Source: the human T2T-CHM13v2.0 reference genome, Homo sapiens
Assembly (NCBI RefSeq): GCF_009914755.1
Contig: NC_060947.1
Reading direction: 5' to 3' (one strand)
DNA: 64,000 nt
Shown piece after piece: positions 17,323 to 32,432 of this stretch; the first letter of the stretch is position 1, and each line of letters begins with the position of its first letter. A program made the position numbers and the translations under genes. A model generated the notes under the pieces. It did no database searches, was not told the DNA's origin, and saw only the letters and a program-made list of their open reading frames with translations.

Positions 17323-18350
17323 CAGGCATCACATTGCCTGACTTCAAACTGTGCTATAAGGCCATAGTCACCAAAACAGCATGGTACTGGTATAAAAATA
17401 AGCATACAAACTGATGGAACTGAACAGAGAACCCAGAAATAAAGCCAAATACTTAAAAGCCAACTGATCTTCAACAAAGCAAACAAAAACATAAAGTGGG
17501 GAAAGGACACTCTATTCAACAAATGGTGCTGGCATAATTGGGAAGCCACAAGTAGAAAAATAAAACCGGATCCTCATCTCTCATCTTATACAAAAATCAA
17601 CTCAAATGGAACAAAGACTTAAATCTCAGGCCTGAAACCACAAAAGTTTTAAAAGATAACATTGGGAAAACATTCTAGACATGGGGAAATGCAACAAAAA
17701 CAAAGATAAATAGATGCAACTTAATTAAACTAAAAAGCTTCTGCACAGCAAAAGAATTAATCAGTAGGGTAAACAGACAACCCACAGAGTGGGAGAAAAT
17801 CTTCTCAATCTATATATCCAGCAAATAACTAATATCCAGAATCTACAAGGAACTGAAACCAATCAGCAAGAAAAAACAAACAATCCCATCAAAAAGTGGA
17901 CATGAATAGACAATTCTCAAAAGAAGATATACAGATGGCCAACAAACATATGAAGAAATGCTCAACATCACTGATTACTAGGGAAATCCAAATCAAAACC
18001 ACAATGCAATAACCAACTTACTCCTGCTAGAATGGCCATAATCAAAACAATAAAAAAATAGTAGATGTTAGCATGGATGTGGTGAAAAGGGAACACTTTT
18101 ACACTACTAGTGGGAATGTAAAATAGTACAACCACTATGGAAAACAGTGTGGAGATTCCTTAAAGAACTAAAGGTAGATCTACCATTTGATCCAGCAATC
18201 CCACTACTGGGTATCTACCCAGAGGAAAAGAAGTCATTATATGAAAAAGACACGTGTGCACGCATGTTTATAGGAGTAAAATTCACAGTTGCAAAAATAT
18301 GGAACCAGCCCAAATGCCCATCAATCAAGTAGATAAAGAAATTGTGATTT
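17323..18350 (+). mobile_element. L1PB1-like element, ORF2 3' part (continues at 20738-21110)
   Basis: [36 protein letters not shown]; breaks at internal TATATA run. Confidence 0.9.
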
Positions 18351-18761
18351 TATATATATATATATATAATACCATAAAAGGAGGTCTTAAAGATCATTAT
18401 ATATACATTTATATATGAATATATAATTATATAATTATATATAAAATAATAATATAATATCTATAATAATATAAGAATATATTATAAATTTATATATAAA
18501 TAATGTAATATATATTATAAATTTATATATAAATATTTATATATAATATAATATATACTATATATAAATTATATATAGTATATATAATATATAATACAAT
18601 ATAATATAATATATAATATGTATTATATTTATTATACTATATAATATACTATATATTATATAGTATACTATATAATATAATGTAATATATAAATTATATA
18701 TATTTATATATTAGTATATAATAATTATATATTTATACACAAATATATATAATTATTATAA

Positions 18762-19348
18762 TATATAATGACCTTTAAGATCTTCTTTTATGGTTATTGT
18801 ATATATATAATCACAGTTTCTTTATCTACTTGTTGATCGATTGATGAGCATTTGGGCTGGTTCCATATTTTTGCAACTGTGAATTGTACTGCTATAAAAA
18901 TGCGTGCACAAGTGTCTTTTTCATATAATGACTTCTTTTCCTCTGGGTAGATACCCAGTAGTGGGATTGCTGGATCAAATGGTAGATCTACCTTTAGTTC
19001 TTTAAGGAATCTCCACACTGTTTTCCACAGTGGTTGTACTAGTTTACATTCCCACCAGTAGTGTAAAAGTGTTCCCTTTTCACCACATCCGTGCCAACAT
19101 CTATTATTTTTTATTTTTTTTGATTATGGCCATTCTAGCAGGAGTAAGTTGGTATTGCATGTGATTTTGATTTGGATTTCCCTGGTAATTAGTGATGTTG
19201 AGCATTTCTTCATATGTTTGTTGGCCATCTGTATATCTTCTTTTAAGAATTGTCTATTCATGTCCGCTTTTTGATGGGATTGTTTTTTCTTGCTGATTGG
19301 TTTCAGTTCCTTGTAGATTCTGGATATTAGTTATTTGTTAGATATATA
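18762..19348 (-). repeat. Inverted duplicate of ~17810-18405
   Basis: ORFs 18147-18332(+) and 18794-19018(-) encode nearly identical peptides; arms separated by ~360 bp AT-only spacer. Confidence 0.95.
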
Positions 19349-20010
19349 CTAATACGTATATCAGTATATATATACGATATACTAATACGTATATCGTATA
19401 TATATACGATATACTAATACGTATGTCAGTATATATATACTATATACTAATACGTATGTCAGTATATATATACTATATACTAATACGTATGTCAGTATAT
19501 ATATACTATATACTAATACGTATGTCAGTATATATATACTATATACTAATACGTATGTCAGTATATATATACTATATACTAATACGTATGTCAGTATATA
19601 TATACTATATACTAATACGTATGTCAGTATATATATACTATATACTAATACGTATGTCAGTATATATATACTATATACTAATACGTATGTCAGTATATAT
19701 ATACTATATACTAATACGTATGTCAGTATATATATACTATATACTAATACGTATGTCAGTATATATATACTATATACTAATACGTATGTCAGTATATATA
19801 TACTATATACTAATACGTATGTCAGTATATATATACTATATACTATAGGTATGTAGTATATATATACTATATACTATACGTATGTAGTATATATATACTA
19901 TATACTATAAGTATGTCAGTATATATATACTATATACTAATACGTATGTCAGTATATATATACATATACTAATACGTATGTCAGTATATATATACATACA
20001 CTAATACGTA
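19345..20010. repeat. 33-bp minisatellite TAATACGTATGTCAGTATATATATACTATATAC (~13 perfect copies plus degenerate flanks)
   Basis: Direct reading; 11-aa periodic ORF 19423-19848. Confidence 0.95.
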
Positions 20011-20089
20011 TATTAGTATATATATACATATACTAATATGTATGTTAGTATATATACTAATATACATATGTATACTATATGTATACTAA

Positions 20090-20420
20090 TATGTATACTA
20101 ATATACATATTAGCATATATACTAATATACATATTAGCATATATACTAATATACATATTAGCATATATACTAATATACATATTAGCATATATACTAATAT
20201 ACATATTAGCATATATACTAATATACATATTAGCATATATACTAATATACATATTAGTATATATACTAATATACTTATACATATTAGTATATATACTAAT
20301 ACACTTATACATATTAGCATATATACTAATATACTTATACATATTAGTATATATACTAATACACTTATACATATTAGTATATATACTAATATACTTATAT
20401 ATATTAGTATACACACTAGT
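20090..20420. repeat. 24-bp (ATACTAATATACATATTAGCATAT) and 30-bp variant minisatellites
   Basis: Direct reading; periodic ORFs 20038-20466 and 20079-20516. Confidence 0.9.
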
Positions 20421-20667
20421 ATATATATCTATATATCTGGATATAAGTTATTTGTCAGATATATAGGTATATATTATATGTTATATTATATATTATATGT
20501 TATATATATAACATAATAATGTTATTATGTTATATATATAACATATATAATATATAATATAACATATAATATATATCATGATATATTATATAATATATAA
20601 TATTAAGTAATATATACTTTATATTATATATAATCACAGTTTATCTACTTGTTGATTGATGGGCATT

Positions 20668-20737
<70 letters not shown>

Positions 20738-20740
20738 CAC
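20668..20740. repeat. (CA)n(TA)n compound microsatellite
   Basis: Direct reading. Confidence 0.95.
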
Positions 20741-21110
20741 ACCATAGAATGCTACCCAGCTGTAAAAAGGTATGAAATAATCACATTCTCAGCAACCTGG
20801 ATGGAATTGGAGACCATTATTCTAAGTGAAGTTAACTCAGGAATGGAAAGCCAAACATCATCGTATGTTCTCACTTAAGTGGATGTTAAGCTGTGAGGAC
20901 GCAAAGGCCTAAGAATAATACAATGGACTTTGGGGACTTGGGGGAAAGGTTGGGAGGAGTTGAGGGATAAAAGACTACACATTGGATACAGTGTACACTG
21001 CTCGGTGATGCATGCACCATAATCTCAGAAATCACCACTACGGAACTTATTCATGTAACCAAACACCACTTCTTCCCTTAAAACCTATTGAATTTAAAAT
21101 TAAAAAAAGA
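20738..21110 (+). mobile_element. 3' end of the L1PB1-like element
   Basis: Resumes CACCATAGAAT... and ends AAAACCTATTGAA plus A tail. Confidence 0.85.
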
Positions 21111-25305
<4,195 letters not shown>

Positions 25306-25889
25306 GAATGATTGATGGAATAGATAAATGCCATGAATTGTTTTCTGCATGGGGGCACAGTGCACCATGTCACAAGAGACAGTCTAAGTACAAACTGATA
25401 TTGTTAAAACATCAATATAGTCATTGTGGGATCAATAAAAACTTTTCATAGATTTTTATACATTACTGTTTTTATTCTGAATTGCATAAGATGGACGGGC
25501 ACCCTATCTTTTAGTGTTTAGAACCTCTAAATGTTTTAATGTGGTAACACTTGAAAAACAGAAATGAATATGACCTAGTCCCCTGCTCCAGAGCAGCTCT
25601 AGGGAAGAGAGACATAGACACAAGGTATAACAACACTATGTAAATAGTGTTGGGATAGAGGGTCTGTAGGAAGGGTTGGTGTGGGAGTTCAGAGAACTAC
25701 ATTCCTCCTAGGGGAAACAGGAGAATCAAATAGGAACGGAGATACAGAGTGGGGAATAGAGAAGTCAAATGGAGAATAAGAGGGAGTGATAACTGAATAG
25801 GGGTAGTAAGAAGAAAAAGGGAGCTACATTGAGGAGAATGGAAAGTTGAAAGTAGGTATGGAGGGGAGGAGACTGACAGGCAGGAACGG

Positions 25890-26006
25890 AGACCCCCCTC
25901 TGGAGGCGGAAAGAGGCAGGACCACTTCCGGCCAGGGAGGGGGATAGGCTCAGACACAAGGAGAGGCTTGGAGAGAGCAGACGCCTTCTGGATTCAAGAA
26001 GACGAG
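25890..26006 (+). promoter_or_regulatory. TRO: TRO promoter and non-coding first exon (TSS approximate)
   Basis: Local CpG enrichment, ETS/GABP site CCACTTCCGG 25922-25931, strong donor GAG|GTGAGC at 26006/26007. Confidence 0.7.
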
Positions 26007-27012
26007 GTGAGCTGAGGTACCTGGCTTTAGTGAAGACCCTGTGGGGGCTTCCTGGCTGCGGCTTCGACGTGCCTGACTCCACACGCCCCTAAGGTTTGAA
26101 GAAAACCTGCTGGAGGTTTGGGACCTAACCGCATCAAAGTCGCCTTTAGCGGTGCCTGGACCCAGTTCGCACGGGAGGAAGTAGGAGGCAGAATCCCCTT
26201 TGGGCCACAGAAAGTAACGATCTGGACTCGGTTCGGGCCGTGAAAGGGAGGGATGCAGACCTAGTTGGGACCGCAGAAAGGAAGGATCGAGAAATCCTTC
26301 AGACGGTAGCAAGAGGGGAGGAGGATACACACAGTTCGGGAGGGAGATAGGAGACGGCAGGACTCCGTTTAGGCTGGAGAAAGGGGGCAGTACCCCGTTT
26401 GGGCCACAGAATGGAGGGATCGGGACCCAGAGATAAGAGTGGGCAGCATCCCTTTTGAGCAACGGAAAGGACCAGACTCAGACAGGAGAAAGGAGGGGAT
26501 ATGACCCGGTTGGTTCCGGTTTGAAAGGGAAGAGACAGGACCTGGTAGGGTTTGAGAACAGGAATACACAGAAGGTTCATACAGTTGGATTTGGGGGTGA
26601 GGTATTCATGTTGCAGAAAGGGCGGAGCTGCACACTTGCAGACGTGGAAAGAGGGGGGAGTGGTGTTGGTTGGGGAAGGGGTGGTGCAGAGACGTACCGC
26701 AGAGCGGAGGGAGGGGGCTTATTAAAGGAAGGGAAGATGAAGAGAAATGCTGCAGAGCGGAGGGAGGGGGGTGTATTGGGAAGGGGCGGTGCGTGGCAGT
26801 ACCGCAGAGGAGAGATGGGCGGTGTTGGGGTAGGGGCGGTGCGGAGAGGTACTGCAGAGCGGAGGGAGGGGGCTAGTGTTGGGGGAAGGGTTGGATCGAG
26901 ATGTGATGCAGTTAGAAAGAGTGGGTCGGGGTGGCGCCAAGATGTTCTGTTGCTCTGAGAGCAGGGGGCAGATGTGGGATTGAGCTGGTTAGAAACTGTC
27001 CGGTTTACCAAG

Positions 27013-27110
27013 GCGCATGCGCGCGGAGGGCATTGAAGAATGGTTCTTTTGGGATAGAGGTGGGCCTAAGATGGGGGGTGGGGGCGCCTCTAGTCGGTGC
27101 GCATGCGCAC
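27013..27110. promoter_or_regulatory. Two NRF1 consensus sites in TRO intron 1
   Basis: GCGCATGCGC 27013-27022; perfect palindrome GTGCGCATGCGCAC 27097-27110. Confidence 0.7.
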
Positions 27111-27374
27111 TATCGAGTTGCGGAGGGGGCGTGTAAAGGGGTGGGGTCGTAGAACTGACTCTCTCGGAGGCAAAAGGAGCTGGGCCTTGGAAACCAGATG
27201 GCCTGGGTTTTTTAGGTATGAAAACCCAGGAGTTGAAGGGATTAGGGCCCAAGGTTACATGAGACTCCCCTAAGTCAGGATAGGTGAGATGTCTGATGAA
27301 TCTCCCCCTCCCTCTCATTCTCTAACTCAGGCCCATTCCCCTCAGGCTCACCTGTTACTCGGCCTCCCAGAAAG

Positions 27375-27419
27375 ATGGATAGGAGAAATGACTACGGATA
27401 TAGGGTGCCTCTATTTCAG
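27375..27419 (+). CDS. TRO: Trophinin (MAGE-D3) coding exon 1: MDRRNDYGYRVPLFQ
   Basis: AAGATGG Kozak context; donor GTGAGG at 27420; matches trophinin N-terminus. Confidence 0.93.
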
Positions 27420-27705
27420 GTGAGGCCTCTCTGCATTCTCTCTAGGCCATCTGCCCCATCCTGAGTTCACTTACTGCTCTTCAGACCCCTTCCACCGTGT
27501 AGTTTCATAATTCCCTGCCTAACTCGTCTCAGTCCTCCCTTACATGGTGAAGGAGAGGAGAGGAAAACCTGCCTGACTCTATTCCTTCCTTGCTCCCTAC
27601 CCCATTTTAATTAACCACTGCTCAGAGGAAGGGAAGGCCTTTGTGGAAAGGGATGGGCTTTAGCGAGGCCAAATGGCCCAGAGGATGGTAATCCTAAGTG
27701 TGTAG

Positions 27706-28896
27706 GGCCCTCTGCCTCCCCCGGGGAGCCTGGGGCTTCCCTTCCCTCCAGATATACAGACTGAGACCACAGAAGAGGACAGTGTCCTGCTGATGCATAC
27801 CCTGTTGGCGGCAACCAAGGACTCCCTGGCCATGGACCCACCAGTTGTCAACCGGCCTAAGAAAAGCAAGACCAAGAAGGCCCCTATAAAGACTATTACT
27901 AAGGCTGCACCTGCTGCCCCTCCAGTCCCAGCTGCCAATGAGATTGCCACCAACAAGCCCAAAATAACTTGGCAGGCTTTAAACCTGCCAGTCATTACCC
28001 AGATCAGCCAGGCTTTACCTACCACTGAGGTAACCAATACTCAGGCTTCTTCAGTCACTGCTCAGCCTAAGAAAGCCAACAAGATGAAGAGAGTTACTGC
28101 CAAGGCAGCCCAAGGCTCCCAATCCCCAACTGGCCATGAGGGTGGCACTATACAGCTGAAGTCACCCTTGCAGGTCCTAAAGCTACCAGTCATCTCACAG
28201 AATATTCACGCTCCAATTGCCAATGAGTCAGCCAGTTCCCAAGCCTTGATAACCTCTATCAAGCCTAAGAAAGCTTCCAAGGCTAAGAAGGCTGCAAATA
28301 AGGCCATAGCTAGTGCCACCGAGGTCTCGCTGGCTGCAACTGCCACCCATACAGCTACCACCCAAGGCCAAATTACCAATGAGACAGCCAGTATCCACAC
28401 CACAGCAGCCTCCATCCGAACCAAGAAAGCCTCCAAAGCCAGGAAGACAATTGCTAAGGTCATAAATACTGACACTGAGCATATAGAGGCTCTAAATGTC
28501 ACTGACGCAGCTACCAGGCAGATTGAGGCCTCAGTAGTGGCTATCAGGCCCAAAAAATCCAAGGGCAAGAAGGCTGCCAGCAGGGGCCCAAATTCTGTCT
28601 CTGAGATCTCTGAGGCCCCACTTGCCACTCAGATAGTCACAAACCAAGCCCTGGCAGCCACCCTGCGGGTCAAGAGAGGGTCTAGGGCTCGGAAGGCTGC
28701 CACTAAGGCTCGGGCAACTGAAAGCCAGACTCCAAATGCTGACCAAGGGGCCCAGGCCAAGATAGCCTCTGCTCAGACCAACGTAAGTGCCCTTGAGACT
28801 CAGGTTGCTGCTGCTGTCCAGGCCCTGGCAGATGACTATCTGGCTCAGTTGAGCCTGGAGCCCACAACCAGGACCCGGGGCAAAAGAAACCGAAAG
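27706..28896 (+). CDS. TRO: Trophinin coding exon 2 (397 codons, Ala/Lys/Thr-rich)
   Basis: TAG|GGCCCT acceptor, AAG|GTGAGA donor; ORF 27793-28977. Confidence 0.95.
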
Positions 28897-29578
28897 GTGA
28901 GATCTCTGACATTGCCATCCTTAACTTTGTGCTTCTTTTCCATTTCTACCCTTCTAGTTTGTTCATTTCTTCTATAAAAGTTTTACTTTGAGCTAGTCCC
29001 TGTGTTCAGATAGGCTGTGGAAGATGCTGAGAAGAAGGTGATATAGTTTCTGCTCCCTAGCAGTTCACAGATTGGTGAGGAAATAAGACATCCATACACT
29101 CAGCTACAACCTGTATGTAATACTACTTGTATTTAAATAGTAGTTACCACGTGCCAGGCTTTGTGTTGGGTACAGTTACACAGGGTATGTCTGAATGTCT
29201 TGAAAGTAACTCTTACCAACAAGGGATCATAGGTCCCAGTTTTACACTTAAGAAAACTGAGTCTCAGAGAAATGAAGTGACTTGTCCAAGAGGTACCAGC
29301 CAGCATAATTGGTGGTAGCCAGAGGAAGAGAAAGACCCTTAGGCTCTTATCTTGAGTTGTTCCTGGCCTGGCAGAGGAACGAAACTCCTTCCTGGAAGAC
29401 AGTGAAAGATAAGCTCAGGACTCAGGGTGGCCAATGGCAAGGTCAGGATCAGGCTCCACTACAGCAAGGCTGAGGGAGGGGGTTAGAGGGACTTTCTGTC
29501 TGGAGCAGGCAAGGTGAGGAGACAGAGCCATCTCTTTCACCTGGTGACTCTGGACCTTCCTTCTTTCTGATGATGAAG

Positions 29579-29683
29579 TCCAAGCATCTGAATGGGGATG
29601 AGAGAAGTGGCAGTAATTACAGGCGGATCCCATGGGGCCGGAGGCCTGCACCACCGCGAGATGTGGCCATTTTACAAGAAAGG
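29579..29683 (+). CDS. TRO: Trophinin exon: SKHLNGDE...AILQER
   Basis: AAG| acceptor, |GTAAGA donor, 105 nt phase 0. Confidence 0.93.
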
Positions 29684-29797
29684 GTAAGAATCCAATGCTG
29701 TCCAGTCTCTTCTCTTCTTCACTTGCCCTCTTCTCTGCCTCCTTCCAAGTTTTCTGCAAGCATGTTAAGATCTCTCCATCTATTCCTCTCCTCCCAG

Positions 29798-29861
29798 GCT
29801 AATAAGTTGGTGAAATACCTGTTGGTTAAGGACCAGACAAAGATCCCCATCAAACGCTCAG
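29798..29861 (+). CDS. TRO: Trophinin MAGE-domain exon: ANKLVKYLLVKDQTKIPIKRS
   Basis: CAG| and |GTAGTG, 64 nt; start of MAGE homology domain. Confidence 0.95.
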
Positions 29862-30116
29862 GTAGTGTCCTACCAACCCTCCTCCTTGAGCTCTCCTCTC
29901 CACTCCCCTCTCCTCCCATAGTCTGGGAGTAACACTTTATGGCCTCTTTGTTCTGTCATATCTCCACACCTGCCCTCCTTGCACTCTGCCATGGCTGGCA
30001 TCTCCCATTAACTCACTTCAGGTCTCTGATTGCACTGACCCAACAGGACTGGCAAAAGGGCTGCAGCTCTGTGGCCCCTGCTAAGCTCAGCTACTCTCAC
30101 CTCTCCTTTTCTACAG

Positions 30117-30196
30117 ACATGCTGAGGGATGTCATCCAAGAATATGATGAATATTTCCCAGAAATCATTGAACGAGCAAGCTACACTCTGGAGAAG
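30117..30196 (+). CDS. TRO: Trophinin MAGE-domain exon: DMLRDVIQEYDEYFPEIIERASYTLEK
   Basis: CAG| and |GTGAAG, 80 nt. Confidence 0.95.
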
Positions 30197-30719
30197 GTGA
30201 AGGGGCAGTGCTGGCGGATGGGCGCAATGGGGAAGCTTTGAATCGAGCAAAGACATACATGTCCCTTTTGGAGAGAATCACAGAAACATGCTAATCCAGC
30301 CCCATTACTGTGTGAATGGGCAGACAGTGGCCTAGGGAGAGGTGTAGATTTGCCATGGGTCACACAGCATGTCAGTGATGAAAACATGGCTAGGACAGAA
30401 GCCACTCAAATTAGTCTCAGCTTCTATTCATAGTTGGACATATTCTGCATGTATTTCAGATCTCACCTCTCCCTTGTATCCCCATTTTCTGTCTCCCTAG
30501 ATTCCTGCTCATCACAAAGATGATGTTGATGACAATAGTACATTTGCTGTGTGTTTACTGGGTGCCAGGCACTTGGCTATGTGCTTTATGTGCATTATCT
30601 CACTGACTTCTTACACATGCAGACCCCCTAAGTACACTGGGAGTTTTAGGATGCCCGGAAAGTTCACTGATACCTAAGCTGAATTTTGTGATCTCACAGG
30701 CTATTCTTTTACTTGGCAG

Positions 30720-30811
30720 ATGTTTCGAGTCAATCTGAAAGAAATTGATAAGCAAAGTAGCTTGTATATTCTCATCAGCACTCAGGAATCCTCTGCAGGC
30801 ATACTGGGAAC
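30720..30811 (+). CDS. TRO: Trophinin MAGE-domain exon: MFRVNLKEIDKQSSLYILISTQESSAGILG
   Basis: CAG| and |GTAAGC, 92 nt. Confidence 0.95.
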
Positions 30812-31537
30812 GTAAGCTGGGAAAGGGCTGGAGTGGGAAGGAAGCTTCTGCTTTTATCTGTGCTGCTACCCCTTCTTTGTCCTACTTCCCCCATCCTCTT
30901 AGAGAGTCAGGAAAAACAGGGTCTCAAAAGCCCTGTCTCAGCACCTGCACATAGTTGGAGCCCTGCTCACAGTAGTGGCACCTGATTATGATTGACTGAA
31001 GGGTATAGGAGCCTAGGGTGGGACATTCCTGCTGTCAGGTTTGCTGTCTCTGTAGAAGCTTCCCAGGAAAGCAGGCCTGTCATTGCTTGCCTCTTCCGAT
31101 GGAGTGCCTGGCCTGGCTTTGGCAGAGTGGTTCTCAAGGAGGGCTTCCTGGTGTGGCTGGATCAGTATGCATGAAGCGCAAGAGTGTCAGTGGGGCTGAA
31201 GGTTCTGGGAGAGAAAGAAGGGACTCACATTGACTGAGTGCTTGTGTTGTACCAGGTTGACAGCCATTCTTCCATCTTCTTGGCAACCTGAGGAAGGGAG
31301 AATATGATTTTCCCATTTTACTGAATAATAGACCAAGGCTTGCAAGGTCTAAGTGCCTTGCCCAGGGTGGCATAGAGCTGGAAGCAGAGACTGGGCAGAA
31401 TTCTGTATCTGAGGAATCTGGGAGAGGTTAGCCTGGTGAGCTGGCTGGTGTATCTTTTGCGGATGGCTGCTGAAACATAAACCTTCTTTCTGTCCTGTTG
31501 AAACATAAACCTTCTTTCTGTCCTGTTATTCCCTTAG

Positions 31538-31617
31538 GACCAAGGACACACCCAAGCTGGGTCTCCTCATGGTGATTCTGAGTGTCATTTTTATGAATGG
31601 CAACAAGGCCAGTGAGG
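31538..31617 (+). CDS. TRO: Trophinin MAGE-domain exon: [26 protein letters not shown]
   Basis: TAG| and |GTGAGT, 80 nt. Confidence 0.95.
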
Positions 31618-31710
31618 GTGAGTGGCTGGGCATGCAGCTGAATGGGCGGCCATGGTCTGGATTCCATGTGTTCAATTTCTGTCCCTGTCTCCTCTTGCCT
31701 CCCCTCACAG

Positions 31711-31753
31711 CTGTCATCTGGGAGGTGCTGCGCAAGTTGGGGCTGCGCCCTGG
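31711..31753 (+). CDS. TRO: Trophinin MAGE-domain exon: [15 protein letters not shown]
   Basis: CAG| and |GTATGA, 43 nt. Confidence 0.95.
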
Positions 31754-32170
31754 GTATGACTGGGCTCTCTCAGCGCTTGCTGTCCGTGTTGTCCTTTGGC
31801 AAGAGAGGATGGTCCTAGGATTGCATCAGTCTGGTGGTCTGGTGGAGCGGGTGGGGTGCTGGACTGGGTAGAGGGCCCAGGGTTCTGACCTGGGTGGATG
31901 ACGGGCAAATGGTCCTGAACTCTCTGCTGTCTCTCTCCTTAATGTCCTCTGTCTGTTCTAAGCTGAGATGTTAGATAGACCTTCAGGGATCCCTGACAAA
32001 GAGGCATCTGGTCTTAACTGCTTGCTTCTAGTGGCCATGTGCTCATTACTTTCTTCACTTCATTGAGACTGCCCCATGTGCTAGAGAGGTCTCTTCCATG
32101 TTGGGAAATGCCTCTGCCCTCATCTGGGCAGTTCTGATCTGTGTTCATGGGTTATTTTTCCCATTGTCAG

Positions 32171-32233
32171 GGTGAGGCATTCACTCTTTGGGGAAGTGAG
32201 GAAGCTCATCACAGACGAGTTTGTGAAGCAGAA
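32171..32233 (+). CDS. TRO: Trophinin MAGE-domain exon: VRHSLFGEVRKLITDEFVKQK
   Basis: CAG| and |GTAAGT, 63 nt. Confidence 0.95.
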
Positions 32234-32432
32234 GTAAGTGGTGTTTGGGGCTTTGTCTGGCCCTGAAGTGTTCTGGGTATACTGATCTGGTTCAGAAAGT
32301 GCTTAGTCAGTGCCTTTCTTATACTAGCTTTAGAGGGATGGACATCCTGTGTCCTAGAACTGATACTGTCTAAAATTCCCATGGGCAGACCTTTCCAGGA
32401 CTGGGCCAGACTCAACACAAGGCCCTTGCAGT

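Noticed and set aside
17323-19348. Twin-priming 5' inversion of L1
   Set aside because: Twin priming inverts without duplicating ~590 bp; here the same segment is present in both orientations and the element resumes downstream.
19411-19848. 33-bp repeat array as CRISPR, or the (MSVYIYYILIR)n ORF as a protein
   Set aside because: Units are head-to-tail with no unique spacers, there are no cas genes and the context is mammalian; the ORF is a by-product of a stop-free 33-nt unit.
30039-30048. CCCAACAGGA, identical to the snoRNA H-box region, in another TRO intron
   Set aside because: No convincing flanking hairpin pair or correctly placed ACA; a 10-nt match is compatible with chance.
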